A DNA stretch of 64,000 nt, taken from positions 17,680 through 81,679 of the forward strand of contig NW_004797760.1 in assembly GCF_000002075.1 (NCBI RefSeq), given 5' to 3'. The stretch's first letter is position 1. Every line of letters begins with the position of its first letter. The DNA is from Aplysia californica. Its lineage: Eukaryota. Below the pieces are notes generated by a model. The model made no database searches and was not told the DNA's origin. It saw nothing but the letters and a program-made list of their open reading frames with translations. The position numbers were made by a program, and so were the translations under genes. Shown here piece after piece: positions 38,710 through 51,900 of this stretch.

Positions 38710-41700
38710 TTCACTATTGAACACACTACCACGAACCCAAACACGTAAACATACGCACTAAGACACTTACAAGCACATACATATACACACTGTCACACAT
38801 GTAATCACTTGTGAATACTCTTACACTCACACGAACGCACAAACACTCACACAAACACTCACACATGAACAGGCAAAAACCACATTTTTGTTCATGTCCT
38901 TTATTTGTACCGGTACAGGTGTGCCACCTGGTGAACACCTCCCTGGTGCCCATGGTGTTCCACCTGCGTGTGCCTGGAGACGGCATGAACAAAAGCGTGT
39001 GCTGCACCCACGATATCGAGAAGACACCCATGGAGCAAGGGCCTGTGCCAATGCATGACCCAAGAGAGTTTGAAATCATTCCATCAGAAGGGGTTATCCC
39101 ACCTCAGAGTGAGATCAAGGTATGAAGGTGTTCTTTGTGGCTTCATGAAGCTTCAATTTTTTACCTGTCCATATATTTTTTTCAAAAGTGAAACATTTCT
39201 TGGAGTATCCATGGCATAGTGTTGTGCTCACTTCAGGATAGAATTATTTGGATTTGAGTCGTGCCCTTAAGTTTTTAGCTTGAGATTTTCCAGTTGCCCT
39301 ATCAAGTAGAATTATTTGAATGATTTGAATGTAGAGCATGACTGTGAAGTCTTTTGACGAGAATATTTATGTTTTCTAGGTGCATCAAATGGGTTTTTAA
39401 AAATTGCGGTTAGCGTCATGATCAGTATCAAGAAACCTTGTGATGAAAATGTTTAAAAATATCTTTTCATAAAGAAAATGTTCATCAAGAATTGTAGATA
39501 GAATAATAAACTGCTTGTACTCTCGCGTAATGAGTTAAAAGGCCCCTCTTCCCCCCCACCAGGATCTATGAACAAATTTCACCAGAGTATTGTGAGGAAA
39601 GATTTGTTGCCATGAATTTTTTAAAAGTCAGGTGCCTGTCTCTCATTTTTCATGTCTGTGCTATGTCAATGACCACAGGTCACCGTGAACCTGGTTCCCA
39701 ACACAGTGAAGAAGTACGAGGCTGCACTTGTCGTGGATGTGGAGAGAGTGGGAGAGGAGATCATGACTCTGCCCATCTCAGCCAAGTGAGTGCTTTGTTC
39801 AGATTTGGGTCTATTGTTTGTCTTTGCTGGCAGTCTTCAACTGCTCCTGCTATGTTGACTCATGCAATTGTCCTTTATGTAAAATGCCAAGACAACATGT
39901 GAAAGTAGATGAATGAAAACAAGGTTAAAGACAAGGAATTAAGTGATATGATATTCTGTCCAAAGTTTGAGAAATGGTCCCTGTCTTTGTGCTGACACCT
40001 TGGATTTGTAGGGTTTTTTTTGTGGAAGCAACAAATTCTCAGTAAAAAGTAGATAATTGCATCTCTAGTGTTCCCCAACTTCTAAGAAAGGAACTGCAAA
40101 TGCTTTTGTCTGGAATCTCATTTTGGTATGTCATATTCTTCATGCTTACTTCTTTCATTCACTGTCTCTATTTATTAGGGAGAGTAAGTGTGGTATTTGT
40201 TTTGTTTCTGCAACCAAAACAAATCTCTTTCTATTCCCTACTAGATCAATGGTCCCAGTGATCAGCAACCTGACCCCTGTCCTCAACTATGGCCGCTGCT
40301 TCCTGCGTCACCCATACGAGCACCGCATACGTCTCCATAACGACACTGAGCTGGCCGCCAAGTATGAGATTGTTCCACAAGAGGTGATCACCAAGGATAA
40401 CGCACCCATCTCCTACCAGAGTCCCCAGCCAAAGGTCAGTTTCTGGGAAGAAACAACTGATGTGTGTTCTTGTGTGAGTGGAAGTGATTGTGTGTAAGAT
40501 TGCGACTCAATGTAAATGTGTGCGTCTGTATCTGTATGTCTGTGTGCATGTTCATGTATTCATTTCCATTTTCTATGGTGTTTTCAAAAGTGAATGTGTA
40601 TGTGATTCAATGAGTGTGTGTATGTGTTTATGTATGTATGTGTGTGTGTGTGTCTGTATGTATGTATGTGTTTGCTTGTGCATATGTGTGTGTGTGCGTG
40701 TTGAGTGAGTAAATGTTTTTACACATTCATATTCACGTTGTCAGTTCATGTGAATTCATTTGTTGGTCCCATTATGGACAAAGACAAAACAATTATCACT
40801 ATCTTAAAAGTTTGGTGGGGATTTTTTATAGTTTTTTAAAAAAGAAACTGGAATTCCCAGGGTTGGAGGTTTGCATTGTATCTGTTGTATCTATACTCTT
40901 GGAACTTTGATCAGCATGGGTTGGTACTGCAAGTAAACAGTAAGCAGGCTTGTTTGGTCTGCTCCTTCTGTCTCTTGTCGTAATCTCTTCAGGGCAAAAA
41001 TGTCACCATTATTGAACGGACTCTTTTTAAAATTAAACTCAAAATTAATGCACAAGTGTATATATTCAGAAACTGGATGGATGATAAAAATTCCAAGTGT
41101 CATGTTTGAAACTTCTGTTGCAACACTTGCATAATGATACATACTCTTTCTTTATCATCATCTTTGTATTCATCTTTCTGCATTGTTAGTTTGTATCATT
41201 TGACAATCTGGCTGCTCAGTGTAAGACCCCTTCAACATTACTTTTCCAAATGGTGTATGGTGGAGTCCCACACGAAGCAGTTGAAATCTGCTTTCTCTCC
41301 AAGCAACATGTTGTGCTATTTCTAAAACATGTAACAATACTGTGCAGTAAATCTTATGTGTGGGTGGTTGGCGGGTGCTCTGGTGTGGTTTGCTCCTTCT
41401 TTCCTGTCATACATCTTTCGTCCTGATCTCTCCTCCTTCTTTTTTGTATATGTTACTCTCTTGTAACACCACTAATCTTCGGCACTTACATGACCTTATT
41501 GTGTTGCAAGTGCCGTAAAACTCTTACTAAAACTGAAACTATAAAAAAATCTTATGTGTGCCTTTTTGTTCTGTAGGGTATTATTGCGCCCCATTCTGTG
41601 GCTGATGTCCCCTTGTTGATCAAGGCCAATGCTCTGGAGGAGCAGGAGGTCCCGTGTCTGGTGCAAATCTTTGGTAGCCAAGACCTGCCCATTGTAAGTG

Positions 41701-42850
41701 TCGGTGTGACAAAGCTTTTCTTTGCTTCATTGCAGGAGAGATCTAAAATGTGTTGGCTAGAGGAAATACTCCGATTTCCATTGTGCCGAGAGCTGAATTT
41801 GAGAGGGTTTTTTTTACAGGGAGCTGTTGGCTTGTTTTTTTGGGGGGTTTTTTGGTGNNNNNNNNNNNNNNNNNNNNNNNNNNNNNNNNNNNNNNNNNNN
41901 NNNNNNNNNNNNNNNNNNNNNNNNNNNNNNNNNNNNNNNNNNNNNNNNNNNNNNNNNGGGGGGGAGAATCAACATTATGTTGGTCCCTTTAAGTACTATG
42001 GCCAAGAAGGATCACCATCTCAATGCTTTTATTTAAAAAGAGGTGGAATTTCTTCGGTGGGGGTGGAAGTTGTCAGTATTGTATTTTTTCTGAGGGCTTT
42101 GGTATACATTGCAACAACGAAATGCTTTTTAAAAAAGCTGTTCTGTTATGTTGTACACTCTATGTTTCATAGGGACATTCCTTTACCATAGTTGGTAAAT
42201 TCCAATGTGTCCAATCTGGTTCAGAATCTAGATTGTCTGGAAAGTTTTCAAGTCCTTTACACTCCTTTTAGCATTTTGTACTAATTGGAGATGGATGTTC
42301 ATTTTAGAAATGCCACCATTAATGCACTGCTTGAAACTATCCCCCAGGCTGTGCATGTGATCTGTGTGGGTGAGGGCCCTGTGGTGCATGTCAGCCCTCT
42401 CGACATAGACTGGGGAGATGTGGCCGTGCTCCGCGACAATGAGAAAACTGTCGTCCTCTCCAATGAGTCCTTCATTCCTGCCAAATTCACAGCTCACATG
42501 GTAAGTGTACTGTTCATTTGAACAAAATGTTGATAGGGTGTAACATTTCTGACAAGGATATTTTGCAAACAAGCCCTCACTGCCTCTTGAATTGTTTAGT
42601 CCCCCCTTGCCAAACCTCCCTGCTGCTTACATTTGGATTAAACAAAAATTATTCCCTTTTTTTCTTAATTATGTTTTGGCATCTTTTTGCGTACCTCCAG
42701 ACTTACTCTGCGCTTGTACCACAAACCTCAACTCTGCATCGATGGCTGATAGAGCTCTGATCGAGGTCTGCTCCCTCTGTTTCTTCTTAGTTCCAAATTA
42801 GTACCTGGTGAATATTAAATGTTAAATGCAACTTATAATCAACCCCCCCT

Positions 42851-42920
<70 letters not shown>

Positions 42921-45900
42921 CTTTCCTTTTGCTTAGGCCTTGATCACATTTTGGCCGTTTCAGAATTTATGTGAAGAAGAAATTGTCACTTGCGATTCTT
43001 AATTTCTTTTAGTTGTAAGTTCAGAGATTGATCATTCTAATTCTGAACATGAACTTTTATAATGTTTTATAGAAATAGAAAAAAACAATTGTAGCATTTT
43101 CAAGTTTCTGCTACAGTAAGTATTTCTGCCTTTCTTTTGCAGCTGAGACCTAACGCAGTGTTCAGAGTTAGTCCTTCAGAAGGTGAAATCCCTCCTGAGA
43201 ATTCCATGAAGCTGACTGTGACAGCAAATTTGGACGACTGTGTCAGGTGACCTCACTTGACCTCACTTGTTTTTGTGTCGTTGCTCAGTTGAAACTGTCT
43301 GACAGTTAGTTTATTTGTATATGTACATGAGTGTGTTGTGTGTAAACAAAGTACTGTAGTTAAAGTATCTATCTTTGGTATTATGAACTTATTGTATTTT
43401 TTTTTCACAGTTTGATGCTTATCTGTTTTGTTTTGTGTACGGATGCGCATTGTTAAGATGCTGAACTAAATTTAAATGGGATTTTTAACGTTAGTTTTTC
43501 CTTTGTGGTCTATCTCTATGCAATACCATTAGCCAATAAATTAATGTTATTCTGCTATTTAGATTTGTCAGCATGCTCAAAGAAAAAAGATTTATTACCT
43601 TTTAAATACTGGTATGTTGTGTTTTCCTTTTGCATTTTTTTGTTTCTGCTCTTTTCATTAAACATTTTTGTATAGGGTCCTTTTACTGCTATTTTTAAAA
43701 CCGTTATGTTCTTTTCCCCTTTAGATTTCAGGATAAGCTGCAGATCAACTTCCTGGAGAGTCAAGCGAGGCTGATTCCTCTCCAGGCGTACGGGAAAGGA
43801 ACAACCATCGTGTCTGATCCCCCGCTTGGACCTGTCCTGGATCTGGGACCAAACTTCAGGTGCACAGACTGTTGCCTCTTTGAATAGACAACCCTTTTCA
43901 TAGTAAAACTTGATACAGTGGAAATTGTCTACCCATTGTTGAGGAGAAAAGTGGTTGTCTTAGACTGGTGGATGTCTTAGGGAGCATCCTTACAATCTTT
44001 TTTCTAAACCAAGGGAAAGAGGGAAGTGTTCATTTGTACAGGTGATTTGCTTGGACAGGTGGTCTTTAGAACAGGTTCAACTGTACTTGGATTGCAAAAT
44101 CAGCCAACTGTGCAAACTTGTGATCTGATCATAAACAGATAGGTCTCAACTAGTATTTGGTAGATGAAATAAATGTGAAACGTAATCTGTTGAAGATCTT
44201 TTTTTTTTTTGAAAGGTAGAAATCCTTTATAGAATCTGTGGTTTTTTTCCCCCAAATCTTTTGTTTCTTTCACTACATTGTTCTGAGTGCTGATGCTAAG
44301 TGATGGGAATAAAGGTTTTCTTTAATATTTGTTTCATCTTAGCAGAACTGGAAACCCTGCTTATCAAATGCTCAAGCTGATTAGTCTCACATTTGAGCTA
44401 CTTTAGAATTGAGAAGCCAAAATGAAATATTCTTGCTATAGATGCATTGTAATATGATACAATTAAGTAAGTCGTAGTCGACTTGTCTTGTCCAAATAAT
44501 TACTCCCTTTTCCCTCATTCTAATCAGTATCTTTATGAAATGGGATTCACAATTAAGTTTGCATTAATTCATATGCTAAGCAGGAATTTGTTGTTTCACC
44601 GATAGGGAACATTTCTGTGCCGGAAAATTTCAATATAACATTTTCTTATGCAAAGAAAATCTCATTTCTTTCCCCTGTTAATCACAAATCATAAGTAATT
44701 TTAAAATTATTTCATTTCTTTTCCAGCAACCGCCAGTTGACAAAGACGTTCAAACTGACCAACAGGGGCCGCCGCCTACAGCAGTTGGTGTGGCTGACAG
44801 ACGGCTACATCCCTCTGTCCAAAGCAAAGAAAGAGAAGCTGAGAGCCAGCGTACCCCCAAACGTAAGAAGCAAGGCTGCCAGTTTTGTGGATTTGCTTCA
44901 TTTTTATACTTTTTTTTTAAATTTTGAAAAAGGATCACTTTTCCTTCAGCCTTTCCTCCTGTGGTTTCAAGCATAAAAAAAAGTAGACCTCTTATGATGG
45001 TGGACTTTTACATTTGAACATCTGTATACTTCCATTGGTGTATTTCCTTTGCCTTTTCTTTTTCTTTTTCCTTCTTCTTTCCTCCAAACAGAGAGCCAAG
45101 TATTCTGCATTCGAAATTTGTTTATTTTTGCTTATTTAAAACAATAATAACCTTTTATCTCAAAAGGTTTCAATTCTTACTCTGGTCCTCTTATTTCCTC
45201 ATTAAAGTAAAACTTTATATTTGCAGTGGACAAGCGAACAGATCAAGTCGACTTCTTTCATACTGCTCTTGAACTTTTACTTGTCTTGGAACTTGTTATC
45301 CATAGCTAGATATTTGTAGCCGCATTGGTCACTGTCTGTGTTCAGTGTCCCTATTCTATCTAATTGGTGTAAATGAGCCTTTGTTTCTTATTGCTATTTA
45401 TAGAAGAACACACCTGCGCTGGACAAGCCCTCACCAATCTTCCAGTTGACTCCGAACCGCATGGAGCTCCGTCCAGGAGAGTCCGTGGACTTCAATATCG
45501 AGGGATTTGTGAATGGGTACGTTGAGTGTTTTTGTTATAAAAAGCAACATTGTTGGGGTCTTTTAAAGCAATTTTTTGTGTGTGTCATGAGCTCCTTTTT
45601 CAGGTGCCATGTTAATGATCTTATACGTATCAGGCAAGCATTCACTATGAGAATGTGAGTAAGTAAACGCAATGATTATTTCAACAACAAAAGGAAACAA
45701 AAAACCATTTTATTATTAGCATACAGGTCTAATTGTTGGTAATGAGTTATTCTTCTTTTAGTTGTTTTTTTGCCTTGTTGTCTTTGGAACAAGTTTGGAA
45801 ATTTTGCTATAGTGAGATTCTTTTTACTAATGTTCCAATTGAGTTGTAAGTTGATGGACGTGCAATAAAGAATTTTGTGAATTCAGGTCCCAGTTGTATC

Positions 45901-48900
45901 GAGTTTGATTTTGGTATCATTAGGAAAATTACTTTACCCCAATTTTCTCAATTCCCCCAGGTAGAAATAGAGTACGTGATTACTAATAGAGATAGAGTGT
46001 GTAAATAATTGCAGTATCTAAGTAACAGGATGCAACATTATATGTCTCACAAGGAATGAAAAGGTAGATCAGATAGAATAGGCGTGTCGAGTGAGTTAAT
46101 GTGAATTTATGTTAGTCTTTTGGGGATACTTGATTATAAGGAAACATTTTAGCTTTCAAGATGTTTTAAGCTTTCACTGCACAAAGCAGAGATATATTAA
46201 TGTTTTCCGTTGTTTTGCTCATTTTTAGAAATGTGGCACGATATAATGAACTTTCCTTGCCATGCTTTAAAGATTCGGAAATTCAGTCTGAAATGGACAA
46301 AATCTGATGACCTGTTTCCTCCCATCAGTCCTCAGAGTGTGGAGGAGACCATTGTGTGTCACGCTATCATCGGCCGGGCAGGTGGAAAGATCCCCATTAT
46401 CAGTGTGGATATCAAGGCAGACTTCATCGAGCCTTTGCTTAACTTCTCCACCAAGTGTGCCTTCTTCAGGGTAGACAAGGTATGTGTTGTCTTCATCATC
46501 ACACTACGCTACCTCAGGGTAGACAAGGTATGTGTTGTCTTCATCATCACACTACGCTTCTTCAGGGTAGACAAGGTATGTGTTGTCTTCATCATAACAC
46601 GATGCTTCTTCAGGGTAGACAAGGTATGTGTTGTCTTCATCATCACACTACGCTACCTCAGGGTAGACAAGGTATATGTTGTCTTCATCATCGCACTACG
46701 CAACCTCAGGGTAGACAAGGTATATGTTGTCTTCATCATCGCACTACGCTACCTCAGTGTAAAGTTACCTGGCGGTTCGATGAGTCGTGTCTGTCAGGGG
46801 ACCCCCGTCCAAGATAAGTGTTGCCTCGTCGTGGTCCTGAGTCCGACTGAATACCTCAGTGAGTCTCTCAGACGATGTCTCTCTATTTTGCGCCGGACTC
46901 TTGACGTCATCCAAGGGCGTGCCACTCCCCTAATAATCATGTCCCCACAGTAAAGATAAGAGTCATGTCCCTTGACATCACACCTCAGAATTACAAAGTT
47001 CTTCTATCTCTCGATACCCAGTTATGAGAAATTCGACGTCAGTATTTTTTAGTTTCACAATATGTCAAGCTTTTTCGAATTCAATTCTTTGAGTATCTTG
47101 ACAACGAATCAGAATACTCTTACAATTTTGATAGAGCGAATAAAGCATTTGTGAGGCAGCGTGGTGGAATCAGGCTCTCGTCAAATAATTAAAAGTGAAG
47201 AAACTTGCTTTTTTCTGTTTTTTTGGTGAATTTTTATCAAATTTTTTATTTTTGGGGTCAACACCTTTCATGCCCATTAAAGAACTCATTTCTGTGTGGA
47301 TTTTTCTGAAAAATGTTTGTTAAAGGCTCAAAGGATGTAAATTTTCAGTTACCACGGACTCTTAAGCAAAGGAAATAACTAATCTTTGGCTGCCGTTTTC
47401 TCACTAATTTTACCTCTGAAAACAGGTGACCCCCACATCCTTCATTCGCAAATATCTTGACTTGTATTCAAGATAAATGGATATTTTTTTCTTACAAATA
47501 AACACAAAAGAACAAGCTTTACGATAATACCAATAACTCTAAATACCCAAAAATTGACGAGAGCCTGATTCAACCACGCTGCCTCACATTTTTTTTCTGA
47601 CCCCATGGTATAAGTAACTCTAAACCGCCAAAAATGTCGGATAAAACTGTGTAATTCTGAGGTAGTGACTAGGTGTATCCAGTTGAATCTTATTATACTT
47701 GTGATGTATATTTTAGCTGATCATGAGATCTGAGGCAGTGACTAGGTGTATCCAGTTGAATCTTATTATACTTGTGATGTATATTTTAGCTGATCATGAG
47801 AATACTGCTTGATGTAAAAGTTTGAATCTCAATATCTGGTGTAATGCTGTAATGGCTGTGGCAAGCAAAAGGGATGTTAGTGAGTGGTTGGCAGGTGCTC
47901 TGGTGTGATTTTCTTTGTCTCTCCTATCAAACATCTGTCATCCTGATCTATCCTCCTTCTTTTTTGTGTTTGTTACTCCCGTTTAACACCTCTAATCTTT
48001 GGCACCTATATGACCTTATTGTGTTGCAAGTGCAGTAAAATTCTTATCAAAACTAAATGGATGCTAGTTCAAATTAGCATGTTGCTTTCCTCATAATAAA
48101 ATTGTTAAAAAATTTTAATGTAGAATTTGTAGAGCATTCAAATTGCATGATTATTGCTCTGTACTTCTACAATTTTTTTTTCAGTTCAGTGTGCTCCTGT
48201 GGTTTCTGTATATGCAAATTGATCTTTTTCAACCCCTTTCGAAATACATTAATGAATTGATGGTTTCTGCCTCTTTGAAAGGGTGGTGGGAGGCCACCTT
48301 TGGTACACCCTTCTTCTTTTCTCTCCCTGTGTTGGTTCTGTTTATCTGTCTTACTTTTTCTCCACACTTAACCCTATCCGTACGTCATGGTTTACTATTG
48401 TATCCATACAACGTGGGGAACTCTGTGCCACCACTTAACCCTATCCGTACGCCATGGTTTACTATTGTATCCATACAACGTAGGGAACTCTGTGCCCCCA
48501 CTTTCCAAATAGGAAATTTACTCGTTAATCCGATACATACGCTTTGCATAGTAGTCTGTCAAAATGATTTTTTGAGAAATTCTGAAAGTTTCAAAGAGAT
48601 CTTCGCACTAGAAGTATTCTGGAATGTGAAGAATACAGCCCCGGGGGTACAAAATGACCCCAGGGCGTACGGGTAGGGTTAATGATCATTGCTGTGTTGA
48701 TAATCTTCTTCTCTTTCCTAACACACAAACAAAACAAGCCTCTGTGATACCCTTCCTATGACAGAACTGTTTATGAATGAGTGTTTGCAAACCCCCTGAC
48801 AGGAGCCTGACGATGAGCTCAAAGTGGAGCAGAAGCAGCTGGTGATGAACAATGTGAGCAGCTTGACACTGACTGTGGGCCTACAGCTGGCCAGTCCCTT

Positions 48901-51900
48901 CAGCATGATCATTGGAGACGAGAAAGTCTCAGAGACGGTAAGAGCTCGACTTGACTGCTGCATGAAATATCTCATTTTGCTCATTATTATGGATTTCTTC
49001 AACGACTTTTTGTCCCTTGACACTTTGCCTCCACAAGGCTCATATAGTATAAAGTCTTGTCCTCAAAGGCAGAGGCATTTTAGGGAAAATAAGAAAAAAC
49101 TGCATTGTAAACATCGCCGATCGGTGAGATGAGGCGGCAAAGTGTTAATGTTTTACATATCTATTATCTATTTGTGGTGGCCGAATTTTGCTATTCAAAA
49201 GGCTTTTTAATGGCTGCATCGATCGACATGCGGTTTTCGCCAAAAGATTCTTTAAAATATTCTCCAGAGCATGACGCCCTTGGTTTTTTCAGTTTTGAGA
49301 CAGTTTTGCTGCAAAAAGATAAATTTCTTTATTTCGCCGATCGCTTTTGTAGCTGGCGCTTCTGTCTCTGTAATTTTAGAAAATTCCGGAAGTGATATTT
49401 CGCGAGGCGCGTTTTGTTTTGAGAGTATAGATCTAGACCTTATAATTTTTTGCATCTCTCAAAATGTATTGCCCCATTCCATTAAAGTGTAAATATAGTA
49501 GGCCAATGACTTTTAGCTGATATTGAAGCACCGACCATTCCTTTCATCGAAAGGGGCCCCAGCTAGTTATTTATATATACAGCCTTTTGCTAAAATTGAC
49601 TTGATCATCCTTGAGGAAATTTGTTTCATCTTCAGCAATGCTTTAGGTATACAGCACAAAGATGACTGTACACTTCAATGCTAGTTTGATTCTTATTTCA
49701 TAGTGTCTATGTTTGCATTTCCAGGAGGTCTGCCTTCAGCCAGAAGAGGTCTACTATCTTGTGATTGAGTTTGACCCTATGTTCAAAGATGACTGCCACA
49801 TACGCACGGTTGATGAGGTCCTTTACATCACCTACAAGGAACACCCACACATTGTGAGTCATGTTGAAGGTTTTCCTTATAATTTAAAAAAAAAGTTCTG
49901 ACTGCTTTTGTTTGGGATTTATTTTTCATTGTTGTCTTTTTTCCCTGTGAAAAGATGTCGGGTGACTTGAGGACGTTGTTCATACGTCCTACTAATTTTC
50001 TTTCATTCTGATGTTTCTGTCTCCTTGTTTTTCTTTTTTCCCTGCACTAAATGTGCACATTATTGTGTCAATGCACTTCTCTATACTCAAACAAACAAAA
50101 GACATCGGAATATTCCTTGTCTTGTTGATCTATTCCAATCATTTGTCTGTTATCTGTCTCTTGTCTTTTTACACCAATTGTCTCTTACTCATTCTCTTAC
50201 TCATTATCTCTCTATATCACATCATTATCTCTCTATATCACAGGCATTTTCTCTCTATATCACGGGCATTATCTCTCTATATCACATCATTATCTCTATA
50301 TCACATCATTATCTCTCTATATCACATCATTATCTCTCTATATCACATCATTATCTCTCTATATCACATCACTATCTCTCTATATCACATCATTATCTCT
50401 CTATATCACATCATTATCTCTCTATATCACATCATTATCTCCCTATATCACAGGCATTTTCCATTCCATGAGCAGAGTCCTAGACTTATGCTATCGTATC
50501 TAACGGATTGATATTACTTGAAAGTTATATTCAACAAGCAGTGCCGTTTTAGCTTCTTGTGGGTCTGTCTTTTTTCAGAAGACATACATTAGTCAGTACA
50601 CGTACATACTGAGACTCTCTCTCCCAAACTAAGGAATGCACAATTCCGTCCTCTTTTTTTTTTACCCTGTTTCAGCCTTTAATTTTAGACACCTCCCCCT
50701 CTCCAGACTTCCAAACCTCAGTCTATCTGTCTTTGTGTTGAATGGGGTGGAGGAGGGGGGGGGGGGGGGGTTAGAGGGGGCAGGTAATTTTTTGCTGGCC
50801 CTCTGCATAACGACAGGAGGTTCAGTTTCTCTGTCGTGGAAAAGTACTAGTGAATGTACAGTTTCTATGCTCAAATTATTACATCTGTGATCTTTTCTTA
50901 GTATATCGTCTCTTCCTTCTTCCTTTCCTTCTTCTGTCTTCTTAACTCTTATCAAAGGTGAGATGCTCCTCATTTGAAATAACCTTACACTATTTAGTTG
51001 TGTCTTGTAGTATATTGTGTCTTGTAGCATATAACTCTCCTTCAAAAGCGTTTAGAAAATCTTACATCTGCTATTTATTTTTTTGACAGGACTATGTGGC
51101 CTTGCGTGGAGAAGTCTACTTCCCCAACCTGGAGTTTGAGAAGTCAGTGGTCGACTTTGGCTGCATTCTCAATGACACTGAGGTCACTCGGTACATCAAC
51201 ATTACAAACAACAGCCCCATGGAGGTGAGTTGGGATTGTGGGAGAGTGGAGCACAGAAAGGACTTGCAAGTTTAATTATGCTTTGAAAAAATATGTCAAA
51301 GATTTTGAATGTTTGGGTTTTATATGTATACAAGTCTCTGGTAATTCTAGTTATATCATATCCTTTTGTACAAGCTTAACATTAAAGTTGAAAGAGTTTT
51401 GTGACTAGCTGTCTCTGTTTTAGATGTCATTCTTTAAAAAATAGGGTAAAAAAAAATTGTTTAAGTTTTACAATCTACTAGACTTAAAAAGGTCTTTTCA
51501 AATGCAGAGCTTTTGGCCATTAGTAGGAAAAGATTATTACAATAGTTCTGAATGACAAAGGAAGACCTGTCCAAAATAACTAGCATTGTTAGAGAGAGTA
51601 AGAGTTCTGTTTATGAAAAATTAACTGTCTCATAGAGTCCTAGAAGCAGAATTTTGACCATCCCCATAAATTCTAAGATATACTCTAACATGTTTTTATT
51701 CTATTGTAATTTGGAGAAGGAGAGACAAACTCTTTGATAAGAATAAAGCATTGAGAGTCAAAAATCTCTACTTTCTTATCAAAGAAGGTCCTAAAGAGTC
51801 GAATACTTATACTTCCTGTTCTTACTGTTAGTGGAAGTTGAAAAGAGTCTAATTCATTGACTGTCTGTGCCCTACAGGTGCGTTACCACTGGTCTTTCCT

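Noticed and set aside
46455-46817. Cys/His-rich repetitive ORF (QGRQGMCCLHHH)
   Set aside because: Alternative frame of the 48-bp donor array; no independent start context.
50011-50511. IIISLYH / HHYLSIS repeat ORFs
   Set aside because: 21-bp minisatellite.
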